A stretch of 64,000 bases of DNA from Octopus vulgaris (lineage: Eukaryota), in contig OX597823.1 in NCBI GenBank assembly GCA_951406725.2, positions 111,538,001 to 111,602,000 on the forward strand. The letters are read 5' to 3'. Both the position numbers and the translations under genes were made by a program. Below are positions 28,365 to 41,014 of the stretch, one piece after another. The notes under the pieces were generated by a model, which did no database searches, had not been told where the DNA came from, and was given only the letters and a program-made list of their open reading frames with translations. How positions within the stretch are numbered: position 1 is the first letter of the stretch; every line of letters begins with the position of its first letter.

Positions 28365-28507
28365 CAATTTGAAGACTATAGAAATATTTATAAAGCCTTT
28401 CACTTACTTTTTACCTCCAGTTTAATTGTTTTTCTTATTTTACTCTTAGTTGAGAAAGTCTAAAAGACGGAAACCAGTACTAAAGTGTACCTTGTCTTAT
28501 TTTCCTT
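28060..28507. mobile_element. About 450 bp fold-back with variant hammerhead motifs (28115-28152 -, 28446-28483 +)
   Basis: Ends AAGGAAAATAA..TTATTTTCCTT and mirrored (CT)n/(AG)n. Motif TTAG TTGA(A/G)AA AGTC..GACG GAAA C(C/T)(A/G)G TA CTAA. Confidence 0.75.
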
Positions 28508-28610
28508 ATACATATCAACTTGTGTGTTACTTTTCTGCTTTCTACACACACACACATACACACACACATGCGCGCTCACACGCACGCTCACACGCACATA
28601 TATATATATA

Positions 28611-28990
28611 AACGAGCAAATTGCCCCCGTGGACGGTGCCGAGTTGTCAAACATTTAAACCAAATTTTCTCAAAACAACTTGTCCGACCGTCCCATAGGC
28701 CTCCCCTTTGAGAAACACTGATTTAACCTAAATTTGAGACACCAGCAAAAGAAGAAATAAAGAGAGACTTTTTTTCTATTCCAAAGAAAAACGATTTCCC
28801 ATGGCTTTATCGATCGCATTCTCATCTGGAATCGATTTTTGTAATTTTTCAAGACCTATACACACCCTGATACCGTCGATATCTACATATCAAATTTGAG
28901 TGCAATCGGATGGAGGATGCCTGAGATCCTAGAAGCCACACACACACACACGCACACACATACACACACAGAACATATTTTATATAATAT
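28611..28990 (-). mobile_element. Non-autonomous Helitron-like element, relative of 2770-3312
   Basis: Shared 5' about 190 bp (ORF track gives MRMRSIKPWE in both) and shared TTGCTCGT end. Confidence 0.7.
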
Positions 28991-29580
28991 ATAAATATAA
29001 ATTTTATTTGGTTCATAATGAAGCTATAAATTATAGATCTGAACATGTAAATGGTAAGTATTCTTTGACATATTTTATATGAGAGGCTGAGTACTCTGAG
29101 TTTCACATTTTTGGTCTTACAGTTGATCATACAAACCTATTTTCTTCTGCATAATCTGAAGTTTGGATATATTTTGAAATATTCATGAGATCAATCATGA
29201 AAATGCTATCGTTATGTTGTTAGAAGATTATGAGAGCAATATGTATAAGAATGATTTGTTTCAAGTGCACAAGTTTTGCTTCATATCTGGTTTTTAAAAG
29301 AATATTTCAGTTGTTTTTGTTCTACTATTTACTTTATGCTTCTCAACTTCGCTAGCACCTGTAATGCTCCCAAAGCATTCAGTACACACTGTAAAATGGA
29401 GGCACTAGGAAGGGTATCTAATTGTAGAAAGCATGCTGAAGCTGACATGGAGCACTTTGCAGCCCTACAGCTCACTGGGTCCTGTTAAATTGTCTGATCC
29501 ATGCCAACATGGAAAACAGAAGTTAAATGAGAATGAAGATGATGATGATGATGATGATGACAACAACGATGACAATGATG

Positions 29581-29641
<61 letters not shown>

Positions 29642-29642
29642 A

Positions 29643-29691
<49 letters not shown>

Positions 29692-29744
29692 GTTTAAATA
29701 TTTGTTGTGCAAGATTTTTTATGTGAAGTCGTGTGTTGAAACAG

Positions 29745-30172
29745 ATATTGTTATATTTCGGAATGGTCATATTGCCAGTTTAGCCAATAAAAACACACGC
29801 ACTATATATTTGGTGTTATTTTGCTTCAGTGATATTTATTTTTTACATTAATCTTAATCTTATTTCGGCCAGAGTTCTTTCGTCACACTCCTGTGACCGC
29901 ATCAGTGGTCCTTTGTTTTATTCTTTCGTATTTGTGTCTCTCCTTACTAACCGTCAGCCATAACGGTTAGTAAGGAGAGACACAAATACGAAAGAAGAAA
30001 ACAAAGGACCACTGATGCGGTCACAGGAGTGTGACGAAAGAACTCTGGCCGAAATAAGATTAAGATTAATGTAAAAAATAAATATCACTGAAGCAAAATA
30101 ACACCAAATATATAGTGCGTGTGTTTTTATTGGCTAAACTGGCAATATGACCATTCCGAAATATAACAATAT
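29745..30172. repeat. Near-perfect palindrome, 210 bp arms and 8 bp loop, with hammerhead-like motif at 30006-30050
   Basis: 29745-29954 is the reverse complement of 29963-30172 with one mismatch seen. The ORF track shows the same peptide [16 protein letters not shown] on both strands. Confidence 0.95.
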
Positions 30173-30325
30173 ATATATATATATATATAATCAGGTGAAA
30201 TTGCGAAGATGATCCGGTTCTTGACTGAAGATTAAAGGCTTCGAATAACCTGTCCATGTTTTTTGTATTGTCTATCTGGATGTTTTGTGTTCTTGTCCCA
30301 TTTTGTATTTATATATATATCAATA

Positions 30326-30361
<36 letters not shown>

Positions 30362-30493
30362 TAAATTAGAGATAAAACCACTATTAGGCAAATCAAACAA
30401 TGAAAAACATAAGCCAATACATAAAATTAATTAATTTATATTATTTTAAATATATATCAAATGTATTAAAAGTTTAATAAAAGATAAAGAGTA

Positions 30494-30567
30494 AAACACT
30501 ACGATCGTTTCATGGCTGTACAATTCGTAATAATTTGAGTTATGGTTACAGTCAATCTTCAGGTTAA
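30494..30567 (-). ncRNA. Type I hammerhead ribozyme motif
   Basis: Minus strand reads AAC CTGAAGA TTGACTGTA..TACAGCCAT GAAA CGATCG TA GTGTT. Stem I is weak. Confidence 0.65.
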
Positions 30568-31284
30568 TTGAAATATCTAAAATATAATCAGAAATATTTA
30601 AACAATATTTTTAAGATATAATTAATATAATAATTTTACTTATAATAAACTCTATTATCAAACTAGAAACATAAAACTTAACAATTATGATTATATCAAA
30701 ATCGACTATAATGTTAAAAATTAATTTTAATTTATAAGGTAGGAAACCCACCAATAATCTAATATCGGTATTAGTCTATATCTAATTACATAAATATTTT
30801 AAAATGACTAATATATATAAATTATCAATGAAAATATATAAATGTATATAAATATTAAGATCTAAAATAATCTCTATAAATAAATATATATGCACATATA
30901 ATAAAAACCTAATAAATTAATGTTTCATATTTAAAGATGAAATAGCTAATTTCAAAATACAAATAAACAAACTTAAACGAACTTTCGGAAATCTTATGTA
31001 AAATAATAGTAGGCTTTCCATTTAATTCTAGAAACAAAATCCTTTATATTATTAATAAGTTTCAAAATATATTCTTTCCTAGAAGGTATTGGGATATCCT
31101 TCAAGGATGAATTCCAAAATAGCGGTTCTATCTTACCTGTAAATTCCATAATTTACGAAGTTGAGATATTACACCCAATATACGTAATTTATCAATATAT
31201 TAAATTAATAATAAAATATTAGGGAATAAATCCAAACTTACAGGGAAAAATCAGATTTAGGATTAAATCCAATTTTATAGTTAA

Positions 31285-31336
<52 letters not shown>

Positions 31337-31850
31337 CATACAGAGAGAAAGACACACACATACAGTGATAGAGACAGAAGGACAGAGAGAGTGAGAGATA
31401 GAGAGAGGTGCAGGAAATGTTCCCGGTGCTGGACTAGAACATTAATTTACTGATCCTAGATATATGTATTGCAAAATTCAACATTACCTGTAATGAATTT
31501 TGAATTCAGAACATAATTTCACTGAGATAAAAATGCTAAGACGTATTTCATTCTCCAATTGTACCAATTCTGTCATACATCAATGTGAGCTGTCCAGATA
31601 TTTGTTCCTGTAATTTTGAGATTGATCTTTAGTAAACAAACAATCAAGGGATGTTAGTTGCAGAGAGATATTTCACAAAAGTTTGGTAATAAGAGAATTT
31701 TTAAACAAAGAACCTTGGTTTTGTACCCTTTTTGTATATAAAATACTACATTTAGCTGTCATTTATATATATATATATATATATAAGAGATAATGGTGTC
31801 ATTGAGACCATATCGAATCTAACTATGACTTAACTTTTCCTCTCACACCG

Positions 31851-31903
31851 TCTCTGAGGAAGGGATATTATTATTAATTAATATTCTAGAAACAGCTGTA
31901 AGA
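31851..31903 (+). ncRNA. Minimal type I hammerhead ribozyme, canonical core
   Basis: TCT CTGAGGA AGGGATATTA..TAATATTCTA GAAA CAGCTG TA AGA. Confidence 0.75.
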
Positions 31904-31988
31904 ACTTCTATCTATAAATGCTCTAATATCTATACAGCCTTGGGTTTTTATCTCATTACACAAAAAATTCCTATATATATATATATAT

Positions 31989-32232
31989 GGCATGTAAAAA
32001 GCACTAACCGATCATAGCCGTTGCCAGCCTCGCCTGGCAAATGTGCCGGTGGCATGTAAAAAGCACCCACTACACTTACGGAGTGGTTGGTGTTAGGAAG
32101 GGCATCCAGCTGTAGAAACACTGCCAGATCAGACTGGGCCTGGTGCAGCCTCCTGGCTTCCCAGACCCCAGTTGAACCATCCAACCCATGCTAGCATAAA
32201 AAGTGGATGTTAAACAAGGATGATGATGATGA
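31989..32232 (+). mobile_element. SINE family C
   Basis: Colinear with 4561-4743, (GAT)n tail. Confidence 0.9.
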
Positions 32233-32242
32233 TATATATATG

Positions 32243-32380
32243 TATATAATTGTTAAACAGGACAGCAAACATTAAATCAAGGCTAACATCTCAGGTCATA
32301 TACAATATTAAGAAATATTGTATATGACTTGAGATGTTTACCTTGCATTAATGTGTGCTGCCCTGTTTAACAATTATATA
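32243..32380. repeat. About 138 bp imperfect palindrome
   Basis: TATAATTGTTAAACAGG..CATATACAATATT pairs with AATATTGTATATG..CCTGTTTAACAATTATA. Confidence 0.9.
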
Positions 32381-33084
32381 TCCGCAGCATCAGAAATCTG
32401 CAATGGTCCATAACTACTGTCCTTGGAGCCCTAGTAATCCGTTACAGCACTTACCTAGCGTACCTAATCATTTAGATTACCTGGGGAACTAAACCCCCAT
32501 AATTTGCATATATATATATATAAATTCACTGTGAGGCATGACATATAACCAAAGATCGAAACACTGGTGATCTATAGAACAAGATGGTATAATATTTCTA
32601 CAACTATTATGTAACACTTACAACATCTTCTTGAAACATATGTATGTTCTATAAAGCATTAAAAGTCATACCTGTTTACTGTATGTATTATATATAAATA
32701 TAGGTGTGTGTATGTATCTGTGTGTGTGTAAACATATTAACTTATACCTATGTACCAAACAGCACAATTTGAGAGTTAATATTTCAAATAAAGGACTCAA
32801 TACTTTTGCATTGCATTGTATATTTAATCTATAACAAACAAAGACTTATTGGCTGCAGGCTCATTTCCTTATTTTCATCAATCATTATAAATATATTCTG
32901 AAATATTCCTGATGAGCTATGAAAAAAGTGAAGCGAGCCTGCAGCCTGCAAGTTATTGTAATTCTTTACATATATACATAGATATATGCATATACACATA
33001 TACACATGCATATAGATGGATATATATATATATATATATATATATTATGTATTGTTATAAATATAATATATAATTATATACATA

Positions 33085-33132
<48 letters not shown>

Positions 33133-33137
33133 TATAC

Positions 33138-33169
<32 letters not shown>

Positions 33170-33238
33170 GTATGTATATATATATATATACATATTTATA
33201 TAAACATCATATTATGCATCTGTATGCATATATATATG

Positions 33239-33282
<44 letters not shown>

Positions 33283-33887
33283 CATACATATGTATATATG
33301 GATATATACACACACATGGACATGCACTTCCAGGACCTCACACATATGTCTGTGTATTTATGAGTTCAGTTCTGTTCTGCATATTAACATCACTATATTC
33401 CTCCTTCTCTCCTCCTTACCTTCATTATGTGTGCGTGTATGTGTGTGTGTGTGTGTGTGTGTATGCGTATTTATAAATGGACAAAAATATACATCTGTAT
33501 CTGTAAGAGGCCTTTGTTCATGTGGGGGTTTTTTTTGCGTGTGTGCGTGTGTGTGTGTGTGTTTTATTTCAATGAAGATGTATATGTTGGCTGGAAGATT
33601 TGAATAAATTCAATGAACATTCACTCTTCAGGGTGGATTCATATGAGCATCTTGCAAAATGGCCATAAATTGAAATGCTGAAGTTAAAAAAAAAAAAAAA
33701 GAAAAGAAATACAAAGAAATAAAGACAACAACAATAAAATGGTGATAATGATGATGATGTTGACAATGATGATGTTGATGATAATAATGGTGATGGTGGT
33801 GATGATGATTATACTAATAATAAACAAATACGTTATTAAATAAATCAGTCAATAAGAGAAATGGAAATAACAATAACAACTATTGTA

Positions 33888-33961
<74 letters not shown>

Positions 33962-34151
33962 CGACGACGACGACGACGACGATGATGATGATGATGATGA
34001 AGATGATGATGATGATATTGCCTCTACAACTGCTGCTGCTGCTGCTGTGAATATTTGGTAAAGTAAGATGATTGAATTTGTTTTAAGTATCCAATTCCTT
34101 CAGGAAGTATATAAAGCCAGTCAGAGATATATATCCAAAGAATGATTATAT

Positions 34152-34199
<48 letters not shown>

Positions 34200-34225
34200 T
34201 ATTTATTATATATATATATATTATT

Positions 34226-34266
<41 letters not shown>

Positions 34267-34305
34267 TATATACATATATATACATATATATACATATATA
34301 TATAC

Positions 34306-34456
<151 letters not shown>

Positions 34457-35002
34457 AACACATACAGAGAGAAGCAGAGAAAGACAAATATGCATATACA
34501 AACACACACACACACATATATATATATATTAAAATATATACACACATACATGTATACATGCACATGTATACATACATACATATGAAATTCATGAATATAC
34601 AAAACCAACGACCTAAGATGGTAACAAGAATAACAACAAGCAGAATAACAACAACAATAATAATAATAATAATATTGACGGCAATATTAAAAGCCTCACA
34701 AGTTATTTACATCAAAAGAAATATATTTTTATTTTGCGTAAAGCCGATGGGTTTATCCTGTTGGTTCTAACGAAATACCCCCAATACTTTCCTTATAAAC
34801 AGACGATTCTTTCTACTCACTTTGGTCTCAATGATTAAGTAGACATATTTTAACGGAACAACTGATTAATAACAATACCTTACATCCGACATTCAATTTT
34901 TTCCTTTTCCTTTATTTTTCTTTTTCTTTTTCTTTTTCGTTATAGAGATTCCTTGTCCGTCATCGCAAACAGCTCTGTATTTATACAGCCGTATTATTCC
35001 TC

Positions 35003-35067
35003 ATGATCATTATCATTGTTGTCATCATCGTCATCATCGTCATCATCACCACCACCATCATCATCAA

Positions 35068-35105
<38 letters not shown>

Positions 35106-35127
35106 CCACCACCATCATTACCATCAC

Positions 35128-35217
<90 letters not shown>

Positions 35218-35228
35218 CCACCACCACC

Positions 35229-35280
<52 letters not shown>

Positions 35281-35293
35281 CCACCACCATCAC

Positions 35294-35343
<50 letters not shown>

Positions 35344-35357
35344 CCACCACCACCACC

Positions 35358-35439
<82 letters not shown>

Positions 35440-35708
35440 GCATCATCAACTTCCTCAATAGCAGCAGCAGCAGCATTATTGTTGCCATCCTTGTCATCGC
35501 CATCATGTGTCCCCACTCATCATTCACATCATCATCATCATCATAATCTTCATTGTTTTTCCCAGAGTCATCCTCATCCTTCCAGTAATTAGCATCAACA
35601 TTTTTCACCATCACAATCACCTTTTGTCATCATCATTGCAATGATCCCCTCTCTCATGATCATCTTGAAGGCCTGGACGACAACGACGATGATGATGATG
35701 GTGGTGGT

Positions 35709-35741
<33 letters not shown>

Positions 35742-35821
35742 GGTGTTTGTGATGATGATAATGATGGCATTAGTGGTGGTGGTGGTGGTGATGATGCTGA
35801 TGACGATTGCTGTTCTTGTTG

Positions 35822-35855
<34 letters not shown>

Positions 35856-36140
35856 GGACGTCATCAGTATTGTCTTCACCATTATCACCCCTACAACTAC
35901 TATCACACCACCACCACCACCACCACCACCGCCGCCACCGCCACCACCACCACCACCACCACCACCACCACCACCACCACCACCACCACTACTGCCGCCA
36001 CCTGCACCGCCGCCGCCACCACCACTACCACCACCATCACCGTCCGAATGACCGCGACCATCATCGTTTTCGAACATCATCGTCATATTCATCATCATCT
36101 TCTTCTTCTTCATCTTCATCTTCATCATCTTCATTTTCTG
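35003..36140. repeat. Large compound (CAT)n/(CAC)n trinucleotide region with an inverted (GAT/GGT)n block
   Basis: Direct reading. Confidence 0.97.
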
Positions 36141-36406
36141 CATCAGAGTACTGGACTAGAAATATTTTTTTCATTTTCCCAAGAATATTGAAAAGAAGAA
36201 GGAAAAACAAAATTGCAAAAGCCAGGCAAATGAATGATAGGCACTGTTAGCTATTAGAATATATCACAGGCAGAGCTGGGACGGCTGAGGTATTATATAT
36301 CAATATCATTGTCATGATTTGTGAGGTTTATATTAAATCACTTGGCTTATATATATGCATAGCATTGACACACTGACATCTGCTAATGTATGTATATATG
36401 TGTGTT

Positions 36407-36437
<31 letters not shown>

Positions 36438-36558
36438 ATGTATATATTTACATACACATATGTGTATACGTATTTATTTACAAATATACATTCACATACA
36501 TATATATATTTGTATTCATATGTATACATAAATATATATATATATATATATATACACA

Positions 36559-36612
<54 letters not shown>

Positions 36613-36623
36613 GATAGATAGAT

Positions 36624-36692
<69 letters not shown>

Positions 36693-37304
36693 TATGCATA
36701 CATACATATAATATATATGCATGTTTGTGTGTATGTATACATACACAATTGCTACTGCTTATTGTGATCACATTTGAATGAAACTCATTAGATAACAATA
36801 ACAAGCTGATAATATTAAGCAGATGGTAAAACAGCAACCATTTGATAGCATTATCTATGATTATAATAAGCAGCTTTCTCTTTCTCTATACTTATATATA
36901 TTTCTATATATATATATATATGCAAGCATCTTCCCCATTGAAGTCAGCTGTCATGGTCTTCCACCAAGATCAAAGCATTATTTCTTGCAGAAAATCAGAT
37001 CAGATTCCAAGAATTGGAAAAAGAGTGACTAGAGAGGTAGCCCACGGCAGCTGATATCTTCTCGAGGTGGTTGTAGCTAAGAAGATACGGCAGTGGAACA
37101 TTTCTGCAGGCAAAGGATAATTCAGTTCTCACTGCACTATTTGTGCGAACTAATCTGAAATAGAGGCATTTGCATTTCATTTATAGAAATTGCTTTGGCC
37201 ATAAATGTGTTTTACTCATTTCTTGTGCATGTTTATGTATCCCCTATGCTGGTGATGAGTGAGGACAACTACTGAACTGATGGTATCTATTGATGTAGCA
37301 TCTA

Positions 37305-37335
<31 letters not shown>

Positions 37336-37370
37336 ACGCATACGCACATACACACACACACACACTTTAT

Positions 37371-37413
<43 letters not shown>

Positions 37414-37659
37414 TAAAAACGGTAAGATAACAAAAGAAAGAAAGAGACCTGAATATTATGTAAATAAATGTGTACGTTTTCATAGTGACGTATAAGTACG
37501 CACGTGGGTCCGCGAGCGCACATGTGAGCATATGACTAGCCATGTTTACGTATTTTACTATGAAATTTTAATCTTATTTTATATAAGTAGCAGAATTATA
37601 ACACAGTAATTTCCCTTTATATAATGGTATTTTTTGATAACGTTTTTTCAGATGGCCAG

Positions 37660-37718
37660 ATAACCGAAGAGATGGTGTTGTGGATTTCCACTTCGGCATC
37701 TGAAACTCAGAGTTTTAT
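37660..37718 (+). ncRNA. Hammerhead-like motif with U4 to C change
   Basis: ATAA CCGAAGA GATG..CATCT GAAA CTCAGAG TT TTAT. Confidence 0.55.
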
Positions 37719-37944
37719 TTTGACTATTGAGTAATTGTGCATATTATTGTGTTTGTGCTTATTCCTCACCATCACTTAACAACTGGTGTGGGTGTGTTTA
37801 CGACCCCAAAACCTAGTGGTTCAGCAAAAGATACCAATAGCAATAAGTTCGTGGTTTAAAAAAATAAGAAGCAGGGACAATTTTTTAACTAAAATTCTTC
37901 AACTTCGTGCCCCAGCATGGCCACCATCTGAAGACTAAAATATA

Positions 37945-38335
37945 TCTCTATATATATAAAGCTGAAGTTGTCTGTGTATGGCAGGTTTGGTAGCCTTCAA
38001 CTAACACTATCTCCTCTGAGACCCTGCGGCACAAGTTAACCAAAATTGAGAGTATGATAGAAGAAGGCTTGCTCTTCCTTCCGTAGAAGAAAAAATTCAA
38101 ATCGGATCATGTTGACACCAAAAATTATTTACATGAAAAACATGCTTTTTTCTATGAAAATCCCTATTTTTTACAATTTTTTGACTGCTGTGTCTCCATT
38201 TTTCGGTGTATTTCAACCAGAAAAATGTTCACTTAAAGAGAATAACCAACTACATAATGTGGAATTTTTACTTTTCAAAAATTCCAATTCTAAAGGGTCG
38301 AAACAAACCCAAGCAACGCCAGGCGATACTACTAG
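37945..38335 (+). mobile_element. Non-autonomous Helitron inserted in the tail of an old SINE B
   Basis: Homologous to 15215-15607, with A|TC..CTAG|T ends. Confidence 0.85.
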
Positions 38336-38802
38336 TATAAAATAAAGATATCGTTTTACATCCACTTTCTAGGCCAGCATGGATCAGATGAGTTCATCGC
38401 AATCAAAGTCACTTCTTGGTGTGAGTTACTGATCTCCTATGCAGTTATGGGATCATATTTAACTCGCATGTTTTATTTTGCTTATTTTTCAGCTAGATGC
38501 TCTTCCTAACACCAAACACATCAAAGAATATTTAAGTTCATTATATCATGGCATGATGCCCACTTTAGCACAGGTGCCATGATATAATGAACTTAAATAT
38601 ACAAGTTGCCAATGTTTTAAGGCCATTCTCAATGCCAAAGTGAGCAATTATCCCTGCAGGTCTCACAGCATTCTTCCTGGTTTTTCTTGAATTCATTATG
38701 TTTCCCATTTTGAAGCAGTCTTACATGATTAAATGCCCTTCCTGGTGCCATTTCTTTTATTAACTGTGGTGTGTGCAAGAGATTCGAAATAAAGGCACCT
38801 AC

Positions 38803-39048
38803 CTTCTTTTTGCTCAGATGGAGACCCTTCAGCGGTAACGAATCCTTCGACACAGCCCGACCCGAACGCTAGAGATAGCAGCTGGTTCACCCAACCTTTA
38901 CAACGTGAATCACCTGTCTTAACCCCTCGATGACCTGACTTGAAAAAGGCAGAAATTCCTGCTCGCTGCACGTGCATCCCGGCTGCCCCTTCCGGTCAGC
39001 CCCAACTTCTGGTCCACTCCCCAGCTGCTGACGTCATTCCACATTAAC
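38803..39048 (-). other. GC/CpG-rich unique block, candidate exon or regulatory element
   Basis: Minus-strand ..ATAACAG acceptor and GAAG|GTAGGT donor. Contains TGACGTCA, TGCACGTGCA and CCGGAAG motifs. All three frames have a stop. Confidence 0.3.
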
Positions 39049-39299
39049 CTGTTATGATATTCAGATATATGTTATATCTATTCTAAAGCCAGGATAAGCA
39101 GAATATGTAGAATATGCAGATACACTAAGTAACAATGATTAATATTTCAAATATAGATAGTATGTTATTTGCAGCCATTCACAAGAAATCCTGACTCTGC
39201 AGCGGAAGTGTTAGAACCAATCTTTCTGGTAATGTAAAACACTTGTGGTAGTTCCACGTAAAAGTGTCCATGTGGTGACATGCAAAAGCAACCATGCAG

Positions 39300-39540
39300 C
39301 AACATGTGGCATCATGTAAAAGCACCAGTGCAGGGCCATATAAAAGTGCCCGTGCAGTGCCATGCGAAAGCACCCAGGACACTCTGTAAAGTGGTCGGCA
39401 TTAGGAAGGGCATCCAGCTTTAAAAACCATGCTAAATCAGACTGGAGTCTGGTGCAAACCCCCAGCTTGCCAGCTCAAGTCACACCGTCCAACCCATGCC
39501 AGCATGGGCAATGGACGTTAAATGATGAGGATGATGATGG
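39300..39540 (+). mobile_element. SINE family C, older copy
   Basis: TTAGGAAGGGCATCCAGC..AACCCATGCCAGCATGG..GACGTTAAATGATGA. Confidence 0.8.
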
Positions 39541-40258
39541 AATCTAGCATAAAAAAGAGAGCATGCTCTTCCTTGCAATCCATTCTTAGTATCTGTCACA
39601 TTCTAGCTGCCTGAGTTTCTACTGATTATATGACATATAATGTGAAATGTTATGGTTAGTTTATTCAGGCAAAATATTTATGTTGCCTAATTATGATGAG
39701 AAGGCATGTGCAATTAGTACTGCTGTCATTTAGACTATGATAATTAAGGAGTTTCGGTCTTGTTGGAGAGACTGCTTTTTTGTGTCCATGATTAATATTT
39801 AACGTCTCATATCTATCTCTCTATCTAACGTCTCATATCTATCTCTCTATCTAACGTCTCTCTCTATCTCTCTCTTACCCTATTTCTTTTTCTTTCATCT
39901 CTGTCTCTCTGTCTCTTTGCTTCTCTCTTCCTCTTTCTCTCCATCCAAGTTCTACTTTTTCCTTTTCCTTTCATTGTTTGAGTTAAAGGACTGCAGCCAT
40001 ACTGGAGCACAACCTTGAAAGATTCAGTCAAATACATCGACCCCCCACCTCGCCGTACTTAATTTTTTAAGACTGATACTGTATTATACTGGTCTCCTTT
40101 TACAAACTGCTAAGTAACAGGGATGCAAATGAACCAACACCGATTGTCAAGTAATAGTGGGGAATAAACACAAAGGCACAAGCACACACACACACACATG
40201 CATATATAGAAATCTAATTTTTCCCTGTAAGTTTGGATTTACTCCCCAATATTATTAT

Positions 40259-40299
<41 letters not shown>

Positions 40300-40300
<1 letters not shown>

Positions 40301-40941
40301 AATTGCATCAATAGGGCATAACTGGTACTTATTTTATTGACCCTGAAAGGATGACAGGCAAAGTCAACCTAAGTGAAATTTGAACTCAGAACTCAGAATG
40401 ACAGACGAAAAACTGCTAACGATTCCACCAGCTCACTGCCTTCTTGATGATAATGTTGATGATCCTTATTACTATAGGCACAAGGCCTGAAATTTTGGGG
40501 AGGAGGATAGTCGATTATATCGACGCAGCACTGGTGCTTAATTTATTAACCCCAAAAGGACGAAAGGCAAAGTCGACCTTGGTACAATTTGAACTCAGAA
40601 CATAGCAGCAGACGAAATACTACAAAGCATTTTTCCCAGCATGCTAACAATTCTGCCAGGTCCCTGCCTTCTTAATAATAATAAGAAGAAGAATGGTAAT
40701 AATAATAATAATAATGATGGTTTCACATTTCGGCCCATCAGTAATTTTGTTTACACTGACACCATTACTCAAATTGGTACTTATTTTATTGACCCTCAAA
40801 GAATAAAAAGTAAAATCAATCTTGGTGGAATTAAAACTCAGAATGTTAAAGGACAAAATACTTGCATGCATTTTGTCCAACATGCTAAACATTTCCACCA
40901 GCTCACTAATACTAATAGTAATACTAATAATGATAACGATG

Positions 40942-41014
<73 letters not shown>

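Noticed and set aside
34981-36250. Poly-His/Asp/Gly/Pro ORFs resembling low-complexity proteins
   Set aside because: Open in several frames on both strands, with no splice or domain evidence; trinucleotide repeats.
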